A stretch of DNA of 64,000 nt from an uncultured Pseudomonadota bacterium (GTDB taxonomy: Bacteria; Pseudomonadota; Alphaproteobacteria; Rs-D84): the NCBI GenBank assembly GCA_937885575.1, contig CALABO010000013.1, forward strand, positions 46,438-110,437, written 5' to 3'. The position numbers were made by a program, and so were the translations under genes. This document shows positions 8,603 to 17,575 of the stretch, in pieces (position 1 is the stretch's first letter; each line of letters begins with the position of its first letter). Below the pieces are notes generated by a model that worked only from the letters and a program-made list of their open reading frames with translations, had not been told where the DNA came from and made no database searches.

Positions 8603-8944
8603 CTAAAACGCATTTTTTGTCCAATCGATATGTCGGCCGTGGACAATTATAACATCGAACCGTGCATCGCCCGTCCATCGCCGTTGCAGTAAAAATGTTT
8701 CCGCCGCCAATCGCAGCCGCCTTTGTTGTGCGGGCGTAATTGCGCCCCAGGCGGTCATTACCTCTTTGCGTTTTTTTACTTCAACAAAAATAATAAGTTT
8801 CCCGCGTTTTGCGATTATATCAATTTCTGCGCGCCCAGTGTTTCGCCCGGTTGTATAACGCCGATGCAAAATCCTAAACCCGTGCAGAATTAAAAACACG
8901 CACGCAAAAAATTCTGAAAAAATTCCGGTCTTGTATGAATCCAT
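8603..8944 (-). CDS. yraN: YraN-family (UPF0102) endonuclease-like protein
   Basis: 113 aa. Contains ..GRAEIDIIAKRGKLIIFVEVKKRK.. PD-(D/E)xK-like pattern typical of YraN. The stop TAG is formed at a repeat edge. Confidence 0.75.
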   Translation of the reverse strand: MDSYKTGIFSEFFACVFLILHGFRILHRRYTTGRNTGRAEIDIIAKRGKLIIFVEVKKRKEVMTAWGAITPAQQRRLRLAAETFLLQRRWTGDARFDVIIVHGRHIDWTKNAF

Positions 8945-8946
8945 AT

Positions 8947-9744
8947 TTAAAAAGCATAAGGTTTCGCGGCAAAATTATCCTGGGCGTGTTGTGCGTTCAG
9001 CGCGCTGTCTTCGGCATGCTTGCCACAGTCAATCAATTCCAGTTCCCCCGAATACGCCGTCATCATCGGGTCAAAAGAATTATCCGAACTTGCCCACCGC
9101 GTCGCGCCCGCATTCGGCGCGCCATATTTATCAACAACATTTTGCCACCAATACATGGTTTTCTTGTCGCGTTGGTTTTCAAACTTTTCCGCGTCGCCCT
9201 CCATTTCATCGGTGTCGTTATGATAGACGATTTTCCACACGACATTATCGGTTGCGTTGCTTGTGAAAAACACATCAATCGTTTCACCCGTGACATCCCG
9301 CACCAGGTGCAATTCCGACGCATACAAAACCCCACGATTCCGCGCAAGTGAATTTATACATTTTTCCAACGCCGCCGGCGCATAGATTTTCTGTTGCCGG
9401 CATTCGTAATCAAGATTATATTTCCAATCCGGGTGTATCGAATACACAACACTATTTTTCGGCCGTTCGGTATAAAGCCCATCGACGGTGGCGATAAATT
9501 TAACCTCGTCAAAATCCATACCCAACATTATCCCCGCAATATCAAAGTCCGCAACCGGCAACGGCACCGCGCCCGCGTTCAATGATACGGTGTTCAAACC
9601 GCATTCAATATCACCACTGTCCGGTGTTTCGATATAGTAATCATCGAAATTTATATTTTCATCGGCCAATACATCATCAAATTCATCCGCGCGCGCGCAG
9701 ATTGAAAGCAAACAGACAAAAATTCCAACAATAATTTTTTTCAA
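8947..9744 (-). CDS. Secreted hypothetical protein (265 aa)
   Basis: Signal peptide MKKIIVGIFVCLLSICARA. 2-nt gaps to both neighbours. No domain recognised. Confidence 0.6.
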   Translation of the reverse strand: MKKIIVGIFVCLLSICARADEFDDVLADENINFDDYYIETPDSGDIECGLNTVSLNAGAVPLPVADFDIAGIMLGMDFDEVKFIATVDGLYTERPKNSVVYSIHPDWKYNLDYECRQQKIYAPAALEKCINSLARNRGVLYASELHLVRDVTGETIDVFFTSNATDNVVWKIVYHNDTDEMEGDAEKFENQRDKKTMYWWQNVVDKYGAPNAGATRWASSDNSFDPMMTAYSGELELIDCGKHAEDSALNAQHAQDNFAAKPYAF

Positions 9745-9746
9745 CT

Positions 9747-10403
9747 TTATTTCTCTTCGACCAAGACCCGTTGCACATTGAACACAAACACCAACGCCGG
9801 ATCAATACCATCTTTTAATGCACCGTGAACATCGCCTTCTCGGACATTGCCGATACTGTTTACCCAATCATCATCGCCCAAATCAAGATACATTGTCCCG
9901 CGCGTTATCTTTGGGCTTTCCGACATGTCATTTGGTTTATACCATGTTTTCAGTTCATAATCAACCCGCCAATAATTACTTGCCGCCGGGCGGTAGATTT
10001 CATTAAACACGATTACAGTCCGCCGGGCGCCGGCCGCGACCAAACCTTCTATTTCCGGCAATTCATTTTGCCGCCAATAATCAAACGCCGCCGCGCCCGA
10101 CATCTGCGCCAGTACTGAACGCCGCGTATCCCGCCTTGCAACATCTTCTTTGTCCGGCACAGCGTAAAAATATTCCGTCACATATTTTTGAACAAGCCAA
10201 TCGCGCAACTTGCGTTTTCCAACCTCGGCCCACGAATGCGGCATTCCAGGCAAATCGTTGGACTGAATACTGGTTCGCAAGAACCGCGGTTCCACGGCAA
10301 ACTTTTCGGAAGTGTCATAGATGGACGCGGCAACATAAATCGCGCCAAAGACCATAATCATGGTCGCAAGTCCGAATAAAAATCCCAAAAGTTTCTTCAT
10401 CAC
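9747..10403 (-). CDS. Membrane-anchored periplasmic protein, VirB8/DotI-like architecture
   Basis: 218 aa with an N-terminal TM helix followed by a roughly 170-aa domain. The C-terminal ..DPALVFVFNVQRV.. is reminiscent of the NPLGF.V motif. 4-nt overlap with the upstream gene. Confidence 0.4.
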   Translation of the reverse strand: MMKKLLGFLFGLATMIMVFGAIYVAASIYDTSEKFAVEPRFLRTSIQSNDLPGMPHSWAEVGKRKLRDWLVQKYVTEYFYAVPDKEDVARRDTRRSVLAQMSGAAAFDYWRQNELPEIEGLVAAGARRTVIVFNEIYRPAASNYWRVDYELKTWYKPNDMSESPKITRGTMYLDLGDDDWVNSIGNVREGDVHGALKDGIDPALVFVFNVQRVLVEEK

Positions 10404-11098
10404 TGTTCCCTGTACGCGTTAAATTCCGCCACATAAAACCCAAGTGTCTGGGGATACCGCTGTGCATCGCGCGCAATTTTGACATACGCAATCACATCAA
10501 AATCGCCGTTCAAATTCGACCGCACCGATGTCCGCACGACCCAGGTTCCGCCATCTTTGGTTGTTTCGCCATTGGGCATAACACTAATTTTTTTCGTATC
10601 AACATACCAACGTTGCCCCATAGATTCATACGACCGATACATCGGCAAAACCTTTTCGACAAAGGAACGAAACATATTGTCGCCCGCCATACAATAAAGG
10701 TCGCAACCGGCATCCGATTCAAAAGTGTTGCTTATGCGGTCGGCGCAATCGGCACCCCGATTACACGTCGCCCAATTTTTTGCATTCAATGTCGGGTTAT
10801 CGGAAATAGTGAACCATTTTTTCGTAAAAATCCCGGCCAATGCACGCTGGGCTGAATCATAATACGGCACAACGATATTCGGCCGAACCTGGCCCACCAA
10901 TTGCCAATTTCCGCGCATACCATCAACATAAATCACATACGGACTGGCGGTGCGGCTGTTCTGCAACCAAGGTATCGCGACACAGCATGCGATGGTTAAA
11001 AAGAACGCAACCATCACCCACACGCCAAACGTGCGGGAAATCGCAACCCGTTTCCCTGCGGGAAATGCGGGCGTATCAAAATCTTCTGGGTAATCCAA
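10400..11098 (-). CDS. VirB8-like protein
   Basis: 232 aa with a cytoplasmic N-terminus and a TM helix (VWVMVAFFLTIACCVAI). ..SPYVIYVDGMRGNW.. and the C-terminal ..PQTLGFYVAEFNAYRE resemble VirB8 signatures. Confidence 0.55.
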   Translation of the reverse strand: MDYPEDFDTPAFPAGKRVAISRTFGVWVMVAFFLTIACCVAIPWLQNSRTASPYVIYVDGMRGNWQLVGQVRPNIVVPYYDSAQRALAGIFTKKWFTISDNPTLNAKNWATCNRGADCADRISNTFESDAGCDLYCMAGDNMFRSFVEKVLPMYRSYESMGQRWYVDTKKISVMPNGETTKDGGTWVVRTSVRSNLNGDFDVIAYVKIARDAQRYPQTLGFYVAEFNAYREQ

Positions 11099-11126
11099 AG
11101 TTCCCCCCTACGCGGCGCGATGTCCC

Positions 11127-11273
11127 CTATGCGCGATAAACCATAATGCATGCGCACGGACTAAGTTTTAATTCGTTTGTGTCATAACCAATTCCAACCG
11201 GTTCGCGGTCATAAATCTGGCCACAGCCAGCAAGCGTCAGTCCCAAAAACATGGCAAGTATAAACTTTTTCAT
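11127..11273 (-). CDS. Small lipoprotein (48 aa), VirB7-like in size and position
   Basis: ATG 11273 with an AAGGGGGA RBS. Lipobox LTLAGC. Located directly downstream of bamA. Confidence 0.5.
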   Translation of the reverse strand: MKKFILAMFLGLTLAGCGQIYDREPVGIGYDTNELKLSPCACIMVYRA

Positions 11274-11345
11274 CACTTTCCCCCTTTGTTTTTTTTGATT
11301 ATAAAAAAATCTTCCGCCCCCGGTCAAGTGTAAATAAAAGGTAAG

Positions 11346-13604
11346 TTAAAACTGGGTTTCAAACGAAAGCAAGAATCGGCGCTCACGGTCATGCGGGCCG
11401 GTTTTTAGTGGCCAACCCCAACTGAAATTCATCGGCCCCATCGGCGTGTTCCAATATATACCAAACCCCGCGGATGTGCGCCACCCACTTTCGATATAAT
11501 TCGGTTGCCCAAGGTAAGTATCCTCACGCGCCGGCGGTTTACCGAGTATTCCATAGTCCATAAACACAAAACCCTTTATTTGATATTCGTCCGGAATAAA
11601 TATCGGGAAATTTAGTTGCGTTGAACCGTTCGCCTTCCACATACCGCCCAATGAATATGACGGGTATGCCCAATTACGACTGCCCACGCCGGCGACATCA
11701 AACCCGCGCAGTGATTCGCCACCCAAAAAGTACCGATACACACGCGGCACATAATCGCCACCAATCGTTTGAATATAACCAAATTCCAGTGAAGAACGCA
11801 ATTGCCACCGGTCGTCCCAAAAATTCACCATTCCAATCACATCGGCATTATACCGGAAAAATTCTTCCGTTCCGCCAAAGCCGGTATATGCCACGCCGAT
11901 ATTTCCAACGATGCCGGTGTGTGTGTTCTGTTCAAAATTCGTATTCAAATTATGATACTTGAAATACGTCCCCAGTGTATATAGCGTTGCATCGCGCCAG
12001 CCACCTTCTTGCAAATCATAGTTTTGATCGAACGCGGCCGAAAGGCGTAAAACCTGGGTCCAATGGTCGGTCAGTTGCCACCCAAGCCGCCCCGCCACCG
12101 TAAGTGAATCGCGGTCGTATCCAAAACCACCAAGTTTTTTATAGTTATACATTGTGTACGACACATCAAATCCGGCCGACAGCGCACGCCCAAACAGGAA
12201 CGGTTCAGTGAAACTGAACAACGCCTGCTTTTGATATTGGGCAAGTGACCCACGCAACTGCACCGTTTGGCCGCGGCCCATAAAGTTATTTTCCGTAATG
12301 CCCGCATCAACCATAAATCCGTTTATATTCGACCAACCAAACCCGCCGGAAAGTTCGCCCGTCGGTTGTTCTTCAACCTTGATATCCAAATTCATCATAT
12401 TCGCGTCGGGAATCCTGCTCGGCACCATTTGAACATCTTTGAAATAGCGCGTGCGCATCAAACGTTGCCGACCTTGCTCTATCGTCTGCAGTGAAAACGG
12501 GTCGCCCGCGCGCATCGGAATCAACTGATTTATCACGGAATCAAACGTCCGCACATTGCCAAGAATATTGATAGAATTCAAATAAATTCGATTTGTTTTT
12601 TGTATTTTGAACTTCAAATCAATCGTGCGCGTGTCATCGTTTTTCTGTGGAATCGGGTCAACACTTATAAACGCGTATCCATAGTCCGCAACCGCACCAC
12701 GAAGCGCGGAAATTGTTGCCTCTACCGCATCAACATTATATGTGTCGCCGGTGGAAATTTTCATAACATCGAATAACTCTTTGTCCGCAACATCTGAAAA
12801 AGGATTATCCAATTCAACCTTGCCAATCTTGTACTTTTCGCCTTCGTCCACATTAAATACAACCGAATAAAATTGCCGATCGGGCGTAAATGTTCCCTTG
12901 GCGCTTTTAACCTGAAAATCAACATAACCGTTACGCAAATAAAATTGACGCAGCATTTGTTGGTCGTATTGAATTCGGTCTTCATCATAGACATCAAATT
13001 GCGACATAAAACGCCACCACGCGTGCTCGCGCGAAAGAATTTCCCCGCGCAGTGTCCGGTCACTAAACCGTTCGTTGCCTTCGAATTCAATTGTATCAAT
13101 ATATGTCGGATGACCTTCGGTAATTTCATAGACAACATTCACGCGATTATCATCAAGCAAGATTTTTTGTGGTTCGATTTTCGTGCCAAAAAAACCCTTG
13201 CGCTGGTAAACCGTAAGCATACGGCCGACATCCGCGCCGATAACGGATTCATCAAACGCGGAACGTTCCGCAAGTTTGATTTCCTTTTTCAAATCATCGG
13301 TTGAAACCTCATCATTACCCTCAACCGTCACCATGTTTACAATCGGTGCCTCGGTCACGCGAATTTCCAACACATCGCCAACTGTTTTAACCGAAACCTT
13401 GGAAAAATATCCGCTTTCTTGCAATTTTTTTGCGATTTGATTTGCGCGTTCCGTGCCGACATTTTCCCCGCGCTTTACCTCCGCCAGAATCCGGACAGAT
13501 TCCGCATCCATACGCTTGTTGCCAATAACATCAATGCGCGAAATACCCGCGTGCGCCACGCCAGCCATAAACAACATCAAACACAAAACAATCTTTTTCA
13601 TCAT
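11346..13604 (-). CDS. bamA: Outer membrane protein assembly factor BamA
   Basis: 752 aa. Signal peptide, POTRA-type repeats, and a C-terminal barrel ending ..FLLSFETQF. Confidence 0.93.
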   Translation of the reverse strand: MMKKIVLCLMLFMAGVAHAGISRIDVIGNKRMDAESVRILAEVKRGENVGTERANQIAKKLQESGYFSKVSVKTVGDVLEIRVTEAPIVNMVTVEGNDEVSTDDLKKEIKLAERSAFDESVIGADVGRMLTVYQRKGFFGTKIEPQKILLDDNRVNVVYEITEGHPTYIDTIEFEGNERFSDRTLRGEILSREHAWWRFMSQFDVYDEDRIQYDQQMLRQFYLRNGYVDFQVKSAKGTFTPDRQFYSVVFNVDEGEKYKIGKVELDNPFSDVADKELFDVMKISTGDTYNVDAVEATISALRGAVADYGYAFISVDPIPQKNDDTRTIDLKFKIQKTNRIYLNSINILGNVRTFDSVINQLIPMRAGDPFSLQTIEQGRQRLMRTRYFKDVQMVPSRIPDANMMNLDIKVEEQPTGELSGGFGWSNINGFMVDAGITENNFMGRGQTVQLRGSLAQYQKQALFSFTEPFLFGRALSAGFDVSYTMYNYKKLGGFGYDRDSLTVAGRLGWQLTDHWTQVLRLSAAFDQNYDLQEGGWRDATLYTLGTYFKYHNLNTNFEQNTHTGIVGNIGVAYTGFGGTEEFFRYNADVIGMVNFWDDRWQLRSSLEFGYIQTIGGDYVPRVYRYFLGGESLRGFDVAGVGSRNWAYPSYSLGGMWKANGSTQLNFPIFIPDEYQIKGFVFMDYGILGKPPAREDTYLGQPNYIESGWRTSAGFGIYWNTPMGPMNFSWGWPLKTGPHDRERRFLLSFETQF

Positions 13605-14656
13605 AGCCCAAACACCCGTGCGATATCATTCCACATAGTCAGCATGAACACAAACCCAAGGAAAATCCAACCGCACACGATTACGATTTCCATTCCCTTG
13701 CCACCCAACTTTTTGCGTGTCACCAATTCAATAAGCAATATCAGCAAATATCCGCCGTCCAACACCGGCAACGGAAGTAAGTTTATCACGCCCAAATTCA
13801 CGGACAGCAACGCGATAATAGATAACAACGCAAAGAATCCCGCCGCCAATGCCTGGCCAGATACCTGGGCAATTGTGATGAATGAACCCAATTGTTTCGA
13901 AGACCGATCGCCGGTTATGATTTGTTTTAACACAACAACCAATGTCCGCGATTGATAATATGTTTCGCGCGCACCGGCATACAATGCGCCAAAGAAACCC
14001 TTTTTGCGCAACTCTGTCCGACTTCCGTCCGCAACAAGTCCCCACCGCGACGCGGGGCTAAGTTTTACATTAACGATTTCGCCATCGCGCGCAATCACAA
14101 CATCTGCATCATGCGTGCCGGCAAGTTCCTTGGCAATAACCAATTCGCCCCAGTTTGTAATATCCGCATCATCAATCTTAACTATAACATCGCCCGGTTT
14201 AACGCCGGCATTAAATGCGACACTTTCCTGAATAACCTGGCCCACGACGGGCAATTGCACATCGCGCGGTTTGAACATAAATATCGCAGAATAAATTGCC
14301 CACGCCAAGACAAAGTTCATAAACACGCCCGCGCCGATTATAATAAATTGCTTCCACGCCGGCGCGGAAAGGTAATGCCCAACCTTTTTTTCTTTTGGCA
14401 ATTCGTTATATTTTTTTCGGTTGAACATATCTTCTTGACCATAAATGGAGACATATCCCCCAAGGGGCAGGCACGCAATCTTCCACACAGTTCCCTTTTT
14501 ATCATGCCACTTTATAATCGCGGGGCCAAACCCAATAGAAAACGCATCAACGCGCACGCCGGCCCACCGCGCCGCCAAAAAATGCCCCAGTTCGTGAATA
14601 AACACCACAACCCCAAGGACAATTAATAACGCAACAATCGTTGTTATCGTATGCAT
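13601..14656 (-). CDS. rseP: RIP zinc metalloprotease RseP
   Basis: HELGH motif, PDZ region, ..NLLPLPVLDGG... 4-nt overlap with bamA. Confidence 0.92.
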   Translation of the reverse strand: MHTITTIVALLIVLGVVVFIHELGHFLAARWAGVRVDAFSIGFGPAIIKWHDKKGTVWKIACLPLGGYVSIYGQEDMFNRKKYNELPKEKKVGHYLSAPAWKQFIIIGAGVFMNFVLAWAIYSAIFMFKPRDVQLPVVGQVIQESVAFNAGVKPGDVIVKIDDADITNWGELVIAKELAGTHDADVVIARDGEIVNVKLSPASRWGLVADGSRTELRKKGFFGALYAGARETYYQSRTLVVVLKQIITGDRSSKQLGSFITIAQVSGQALAAGFFALLSIIALLSVNLGVINLLPLPVLDGGYLLILLIELVTRKKLGGKGMEIVIVCGWIFLGFVFMLTMWNDIARVFGL

Positions 14657-14668
14657 TTTCTTTTCCCC

Positions 14669-15319
14669 CTATGCCAATATCAGCCAAATAAGCGGCAACA
14701 CATAGACCCAACCGTCCATGCGGTCAATGATTCCGCCATGCGCACCAAGCACATGACTAAAATCTTTTATCTTTAATCTGCGTTTTACAAAACTTGCGGT
14801 CAAATCGCCATATTGCGACAGTAACGAAACACTGATACCAATCCACAGCAACTGTGGCGCGAACACACCCATTGTCAAATTTCCATACAGAACCGCAACC
14901 GCCGTTCCGCCAATCACACCGAAAATTTGCCCGGCCCAGGTTTTATGTTCCGAAATTCGTTCCCAAAGTTTATCGCCACCAATTATCCGCCCAAACAGCC
15001 ACGCACAAACATCCGCCGCGCATATCACGCACAACACGAACAGCAACAACATCGGCCGATGGCCCAGTGTCAAAAGCGATACAAAATCAACACCAAGTAA
15101 TGCAAGGAACAATCCGAACAGAACCAAATTTTTCAAACTAAACATAACCGCGCGTGGCGCATGCCAAAGGCAATATGCAATTTCGCCAATCATGGCAAGC
15201 CCAACAACGATGCAAAGCCAATAAACACCGTGAATTCCCAAAAACTCCAACCACGCGGCGATACCGATGACGAACGCCAAACCGGCCGCGACCAAAATCC
15301 TGTTCATTGTATCAGACAT
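14669..15319 (-). CDS. cdsA: Phosphatidate cytidylyltransferase CdsA
   Basis: Polytopic protein with C-terminal ..SFVKRRLKIKDFSHVLGAHGGIIDRMD.. signature. Confidence 0.9.
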   Translation of the reverse strand: MSDTMNRILVAAGLAFVIGIAAWLEFLGIHGVYWLCIVVGLAMIGEIAYCLWHAPRAVMFSLKNLVLFGLFLALLGVDFVSLLTLGHRPMLLLFVLCVICAADVCAWLFGRIIGGDKLWERISEHKTWAGQIFGVIGGTAVAVLYGNLTMGVFAPQLLWIGISVSLLSQYGDLTASFVKRRLKIKDFSHVLGAHGGIIDRMDGWVYVLPLIWLILA

Positions 15320-16082
15320 TTTTTACCCCCGATTTTTTGCCGGAATAATCCACCTTTTTCCCACCACCAAAGCGCCGATTGCGTTTTGCATATTCGTCCA
15401 AAACAAATTGCCAAAGTTTTTCGGACTTTACCAAATCCGGCCAATGCTCTGGCACAAACAGCAATTCCGCATACGCCAATTTCCAAAGCAAGAAATTTGA
15501 AATCCTAAACTCATTACTTGTTCGCACCATTAAATCAATAGGTAACAAATCCCCCGTATCAAGGAAGGTTTCAAATGTTTCACGTGTGACCGGCGCGCCC
15601 GCATCAATCGCGGCATTTACGGCGTTCACAATTTCATCTTGGCCGCCATAATTTAACGCAAACACAACCGTGCCACCGGTGTTTTCTGCGGATTTTTCTT
15701 CCAATTCATCGCACAGTTTTGCCAACCTTTTCGGCAATCTTTCGCGCGTTCCAATTACCCGATAGCGCAGATTTTTTTCAATCGCATGTTTCAAATTCTT
15801 TTCCAATTCGGAATAGAATAAATCCATAAGGAAATCGACTTCTTCGTCCGACCGATTCCAATTTTCGGTTGAAAATATAAAGAAAGTTACCGTCGTAACA
15901 CCGCGCGCGATAAACCAATCAACCAAGTTTTCAAAATTTGAAATTCCGGCGCGATGTCCCATCAGGGGCGGCAGTCCGCGCGCCTCGGCCCAGCGGCGAT
16001 TCCCGTCGCAAATAAACGCAACATGCTTTGGAATCTTCACCGGTTGCGTGGCATTTTCCTTCTTTTTAAGTATTTTGAACAT
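15312..16082 (-). CDS. uppS: Undecaprenyl diphosphate synthase UppS
   Basis: Contains ..HVAFICDGNRRWA.. and ..RTSNEFRISNFLLWKLAYAEL... Confidence 0.93.
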   Translation of the reverse strand: MFKILKKKENATQPVKIPKHVAFICDGNRRWAEARGLPPLMGHRAGISNFENLVDWFIARGVTTVTFFIFSTENWNRSDEEVDFLMDLFYSELEKNLKHAIEKNLRYRVIGTRERLPKRLAKLCDELEEKSAENTGGTVVFALNYGGQDEIVNAVNAAIDAGAPVTRETFETFLDTGDLLPIDLMVRTSNEFRISNFLLWKLAYAELLFVPEHWPDLVKSEKLWQFVLDEYAKRNRRFGGGKKVDYSGKKSGVKNV

Positions 16083-16102
16083 TTTTTTCGCTTTTGGTTT
16101 AG

Positions 16103-16663
16103 TTAGACCGACATAATATCCGCTTCTTTCTGCTTTGCAATCGCATCAACCTCGGCCCCGCGCGCGTCAAACACCTTTTGCAGGTCTGATTCATATTTCC
16201 GCTGGTCATCTTCGGAAATTTCCTTGTCGGTGACGGCGCGTTTGATTTTGCCCATCGCGTCTTGGCGAATATTGCGCATAGAAATTTTTGCTTCTTCGGC
16301 ATATTTGCCCGCAACTTTGGTAAGTTCCCGCCGGCGCTCTTCGGTAAGTGGCGGCATATTGATGCGGATAACCGCACCCGCACTCATCGGGTTCAAACCC
16401 AGGCCCGAATCACGAATCGCTTTTTCCACCGGCCCGACATTTGTCATATCCCAAACAGTAACCGAAAGTGTCTGGTTATCCGGCGTTGATACGGTCGCCA
16501 ATTGATTCAGCGGCATATCGGAACCATACGTTTGCACCCGCACGCCGTCAAGCAAATGAACCGACGCCCGTCCGGTGCGCAACCCCGCATATTCCCCGCG
16601 CAAAACTTCGATAGTTTGTGCCGTTTTTTGTTCAATTTCTGATTTCAAAGATTGATAGTCCAT
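16103..16663 (-). CDS. frr: Ribosome recycling factor
   Basis: 186 aa with a full-length Frr pattern. Sits in the canonical frr-uppS-cdsA context. Confidence 0.93.
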   Translation of the reverse strand: MDYQSLKSEIEQKTAQTIEVLRGEYAGLRTGRASVHLLDGVRVQTYGSDMPLNQLATVSTPDNQTLSVTVWDMTNVGPVEKAIRDSGLGLNPMSAGAVIRINMPPLTEERRRELTKVAGKYAEEAKISMRNIRQDAMGKIKRAVTDKEISEDDQRKYESDLQKVFDARGAEVDAIAKQKEADIMSV

Positions 16664-16705
16664 ATATAAATCTCCTTTATGTCAGGGACAGGTTAGCAAA
16701 TACAT

Positions 16706-16734
16706 TTGACATTTGGCAAGAAGAAATATAAAAT
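16706..16734 (+). promoter_or_regulatory. Sigma70-like promoter of tRNA-Ala
   Basis: TTGACA (16706-16711), 17-nt spacer, TAAAAT (16729-16734). The tRNA starts at 16748. Confidence 0.55.
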
Positions 16735-16747
16735 AGGCATACTATAT

Positions 16748-16823
16748 GGGGTTGTAGCTCAGTTGGTAGAGCACTTGCATGGCATGCAAGGGGTCGTCGG
16801 TTCGAGTCCGATCAGCTCCACCA
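16748..16823 (+). tRNA. tRNA-Ala (anticodon GGC)
   Basis: 76-nt cloverleaf with G3:U70, anticodon loop aTGGCat, T-loop TTCGAGT and encoded CCA. Confidence 0.92.
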
Positions 16824-16963
16824 CGAAATTTTGTTAGCCCGCACAAAAAGAGTGCGGGCTTAAAAAATTTCAGTGCCGCGGCTGAGTGCGCAAAGCGCAC
16901 GAAGACGGGCGTAATCCCAGAAAAATATTTGCAATCCGCGTTTTCCCGTCCTATAATCCACTC

Positions 16964-17575
16964 ATGTTGTATGCACTAAGACATTTTCCCACTGTAAAAT
17001 CCCCCAATATAATTCAGGGAACGGACAATACAATTAAACTAAGCGATGTTGGCGAAGTCCAGGCGGCAAATCTTGCAACAAAGTTAAAACGTTTTAACTT
17101 GGAATATATAGTTTCGTCAAATATCACACGGGCGAAGCAATCCGCCGAAATCATTAGTTCTATGCTAAGAATCCCGATTAAATATGACAGTCGCCTAAAT
17201 GAATATGATTACGGTATTTTGACGGGACACAGTGCAAAGGAAATATCCCCCGCCACGTTACAAAATTTTCTTGTGAATCCGGTTGACGGTTTTGAAGCCG
17301 AACCTTTTGAAAATGCCTTTGTGCGGGTCGGCGATTTTCTTGAATCGGTTGATTATGGCAAAAATATTTTGGCCATTACGCACAGCACAATTTTGTATTT
17401 TATGATGTGCTATTTAGAAGACAAGACCAAATTTGATGTATATTCATGTTGGGAAAAAAGACAAAATTATCCAATCAAAAATGGCGATGTTTTGCGCATC
17501 CGCAATCTGGAATCAGATATGCGAATACTTAGGAATACATATTTCTGTAAAATGCGCCCGCAACGCGGTTTATAA
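16964..17575 (+). CDS. Histidine phosphatase (PGAM-like) family protein
   Basis: Starts MLYALRHFPT (RH motif) and contains ..AITHSTIL... The ORF-track N-terminal extension from GTG 16886 looks non-native. Confidence 0.75.
   Translation: MLYALRHFPTVKSPNIIQGTDNTIKLSDVGEVQAANLATKLKRFNLEYIVSSNITRAKQSAEIISSMLRIPIKYDSRLNEYDYGILTGHSAKEISPATLQNFLVNPVDGFEAEPFENAFVRVGDFLESVDYGKNILAITHSTILYFMMCYLEDKTKFDVYSCWEKRQNYPIKNGDVLRIRNLESDMRILRNTYFCKMRPQRGL

Larger units (their letters stand above)
8323..8603. repeat. Nested repeat complex: arm fragment, two CCTCC modules in inverted orientation, core + right arm
   Basis: Arm fragment gtggtagtgtaagtgataagtgttagtg. attccagag + module at 8382-8441. Inverted module at 8467-8527. 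tctggaat..attccagag + catactaaccactaacacttacactacccac at 8534-8603. Confidence 0.85.

Noticed and set aside
8947-9744. VirB9 assignment for the 265-aa secreted protein next to the VirB8-like genes
   Set aside because: Size and signal peptide fit, but none of the VirB9 sequence patterns are recognisable. It is left as hypothetical.
14669-16082. Claim that the organism lacks dxr (MEP pathway) because dxr is missing between cdsA and rseP
   Set aside because: Absence from this locus says nothing about the rest of the genome. Only the local gene order is reported.
16836-16866. Intrinsic terminator after tRNA-Ala (agcccgcac-aaaaaga-gtgcgggct)
   Set aside because: The hairpin is good, but it is followed by an A-run rather than a T-run on the tRNA strand. 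It is noted as a hairpin only, not called as a terminator.
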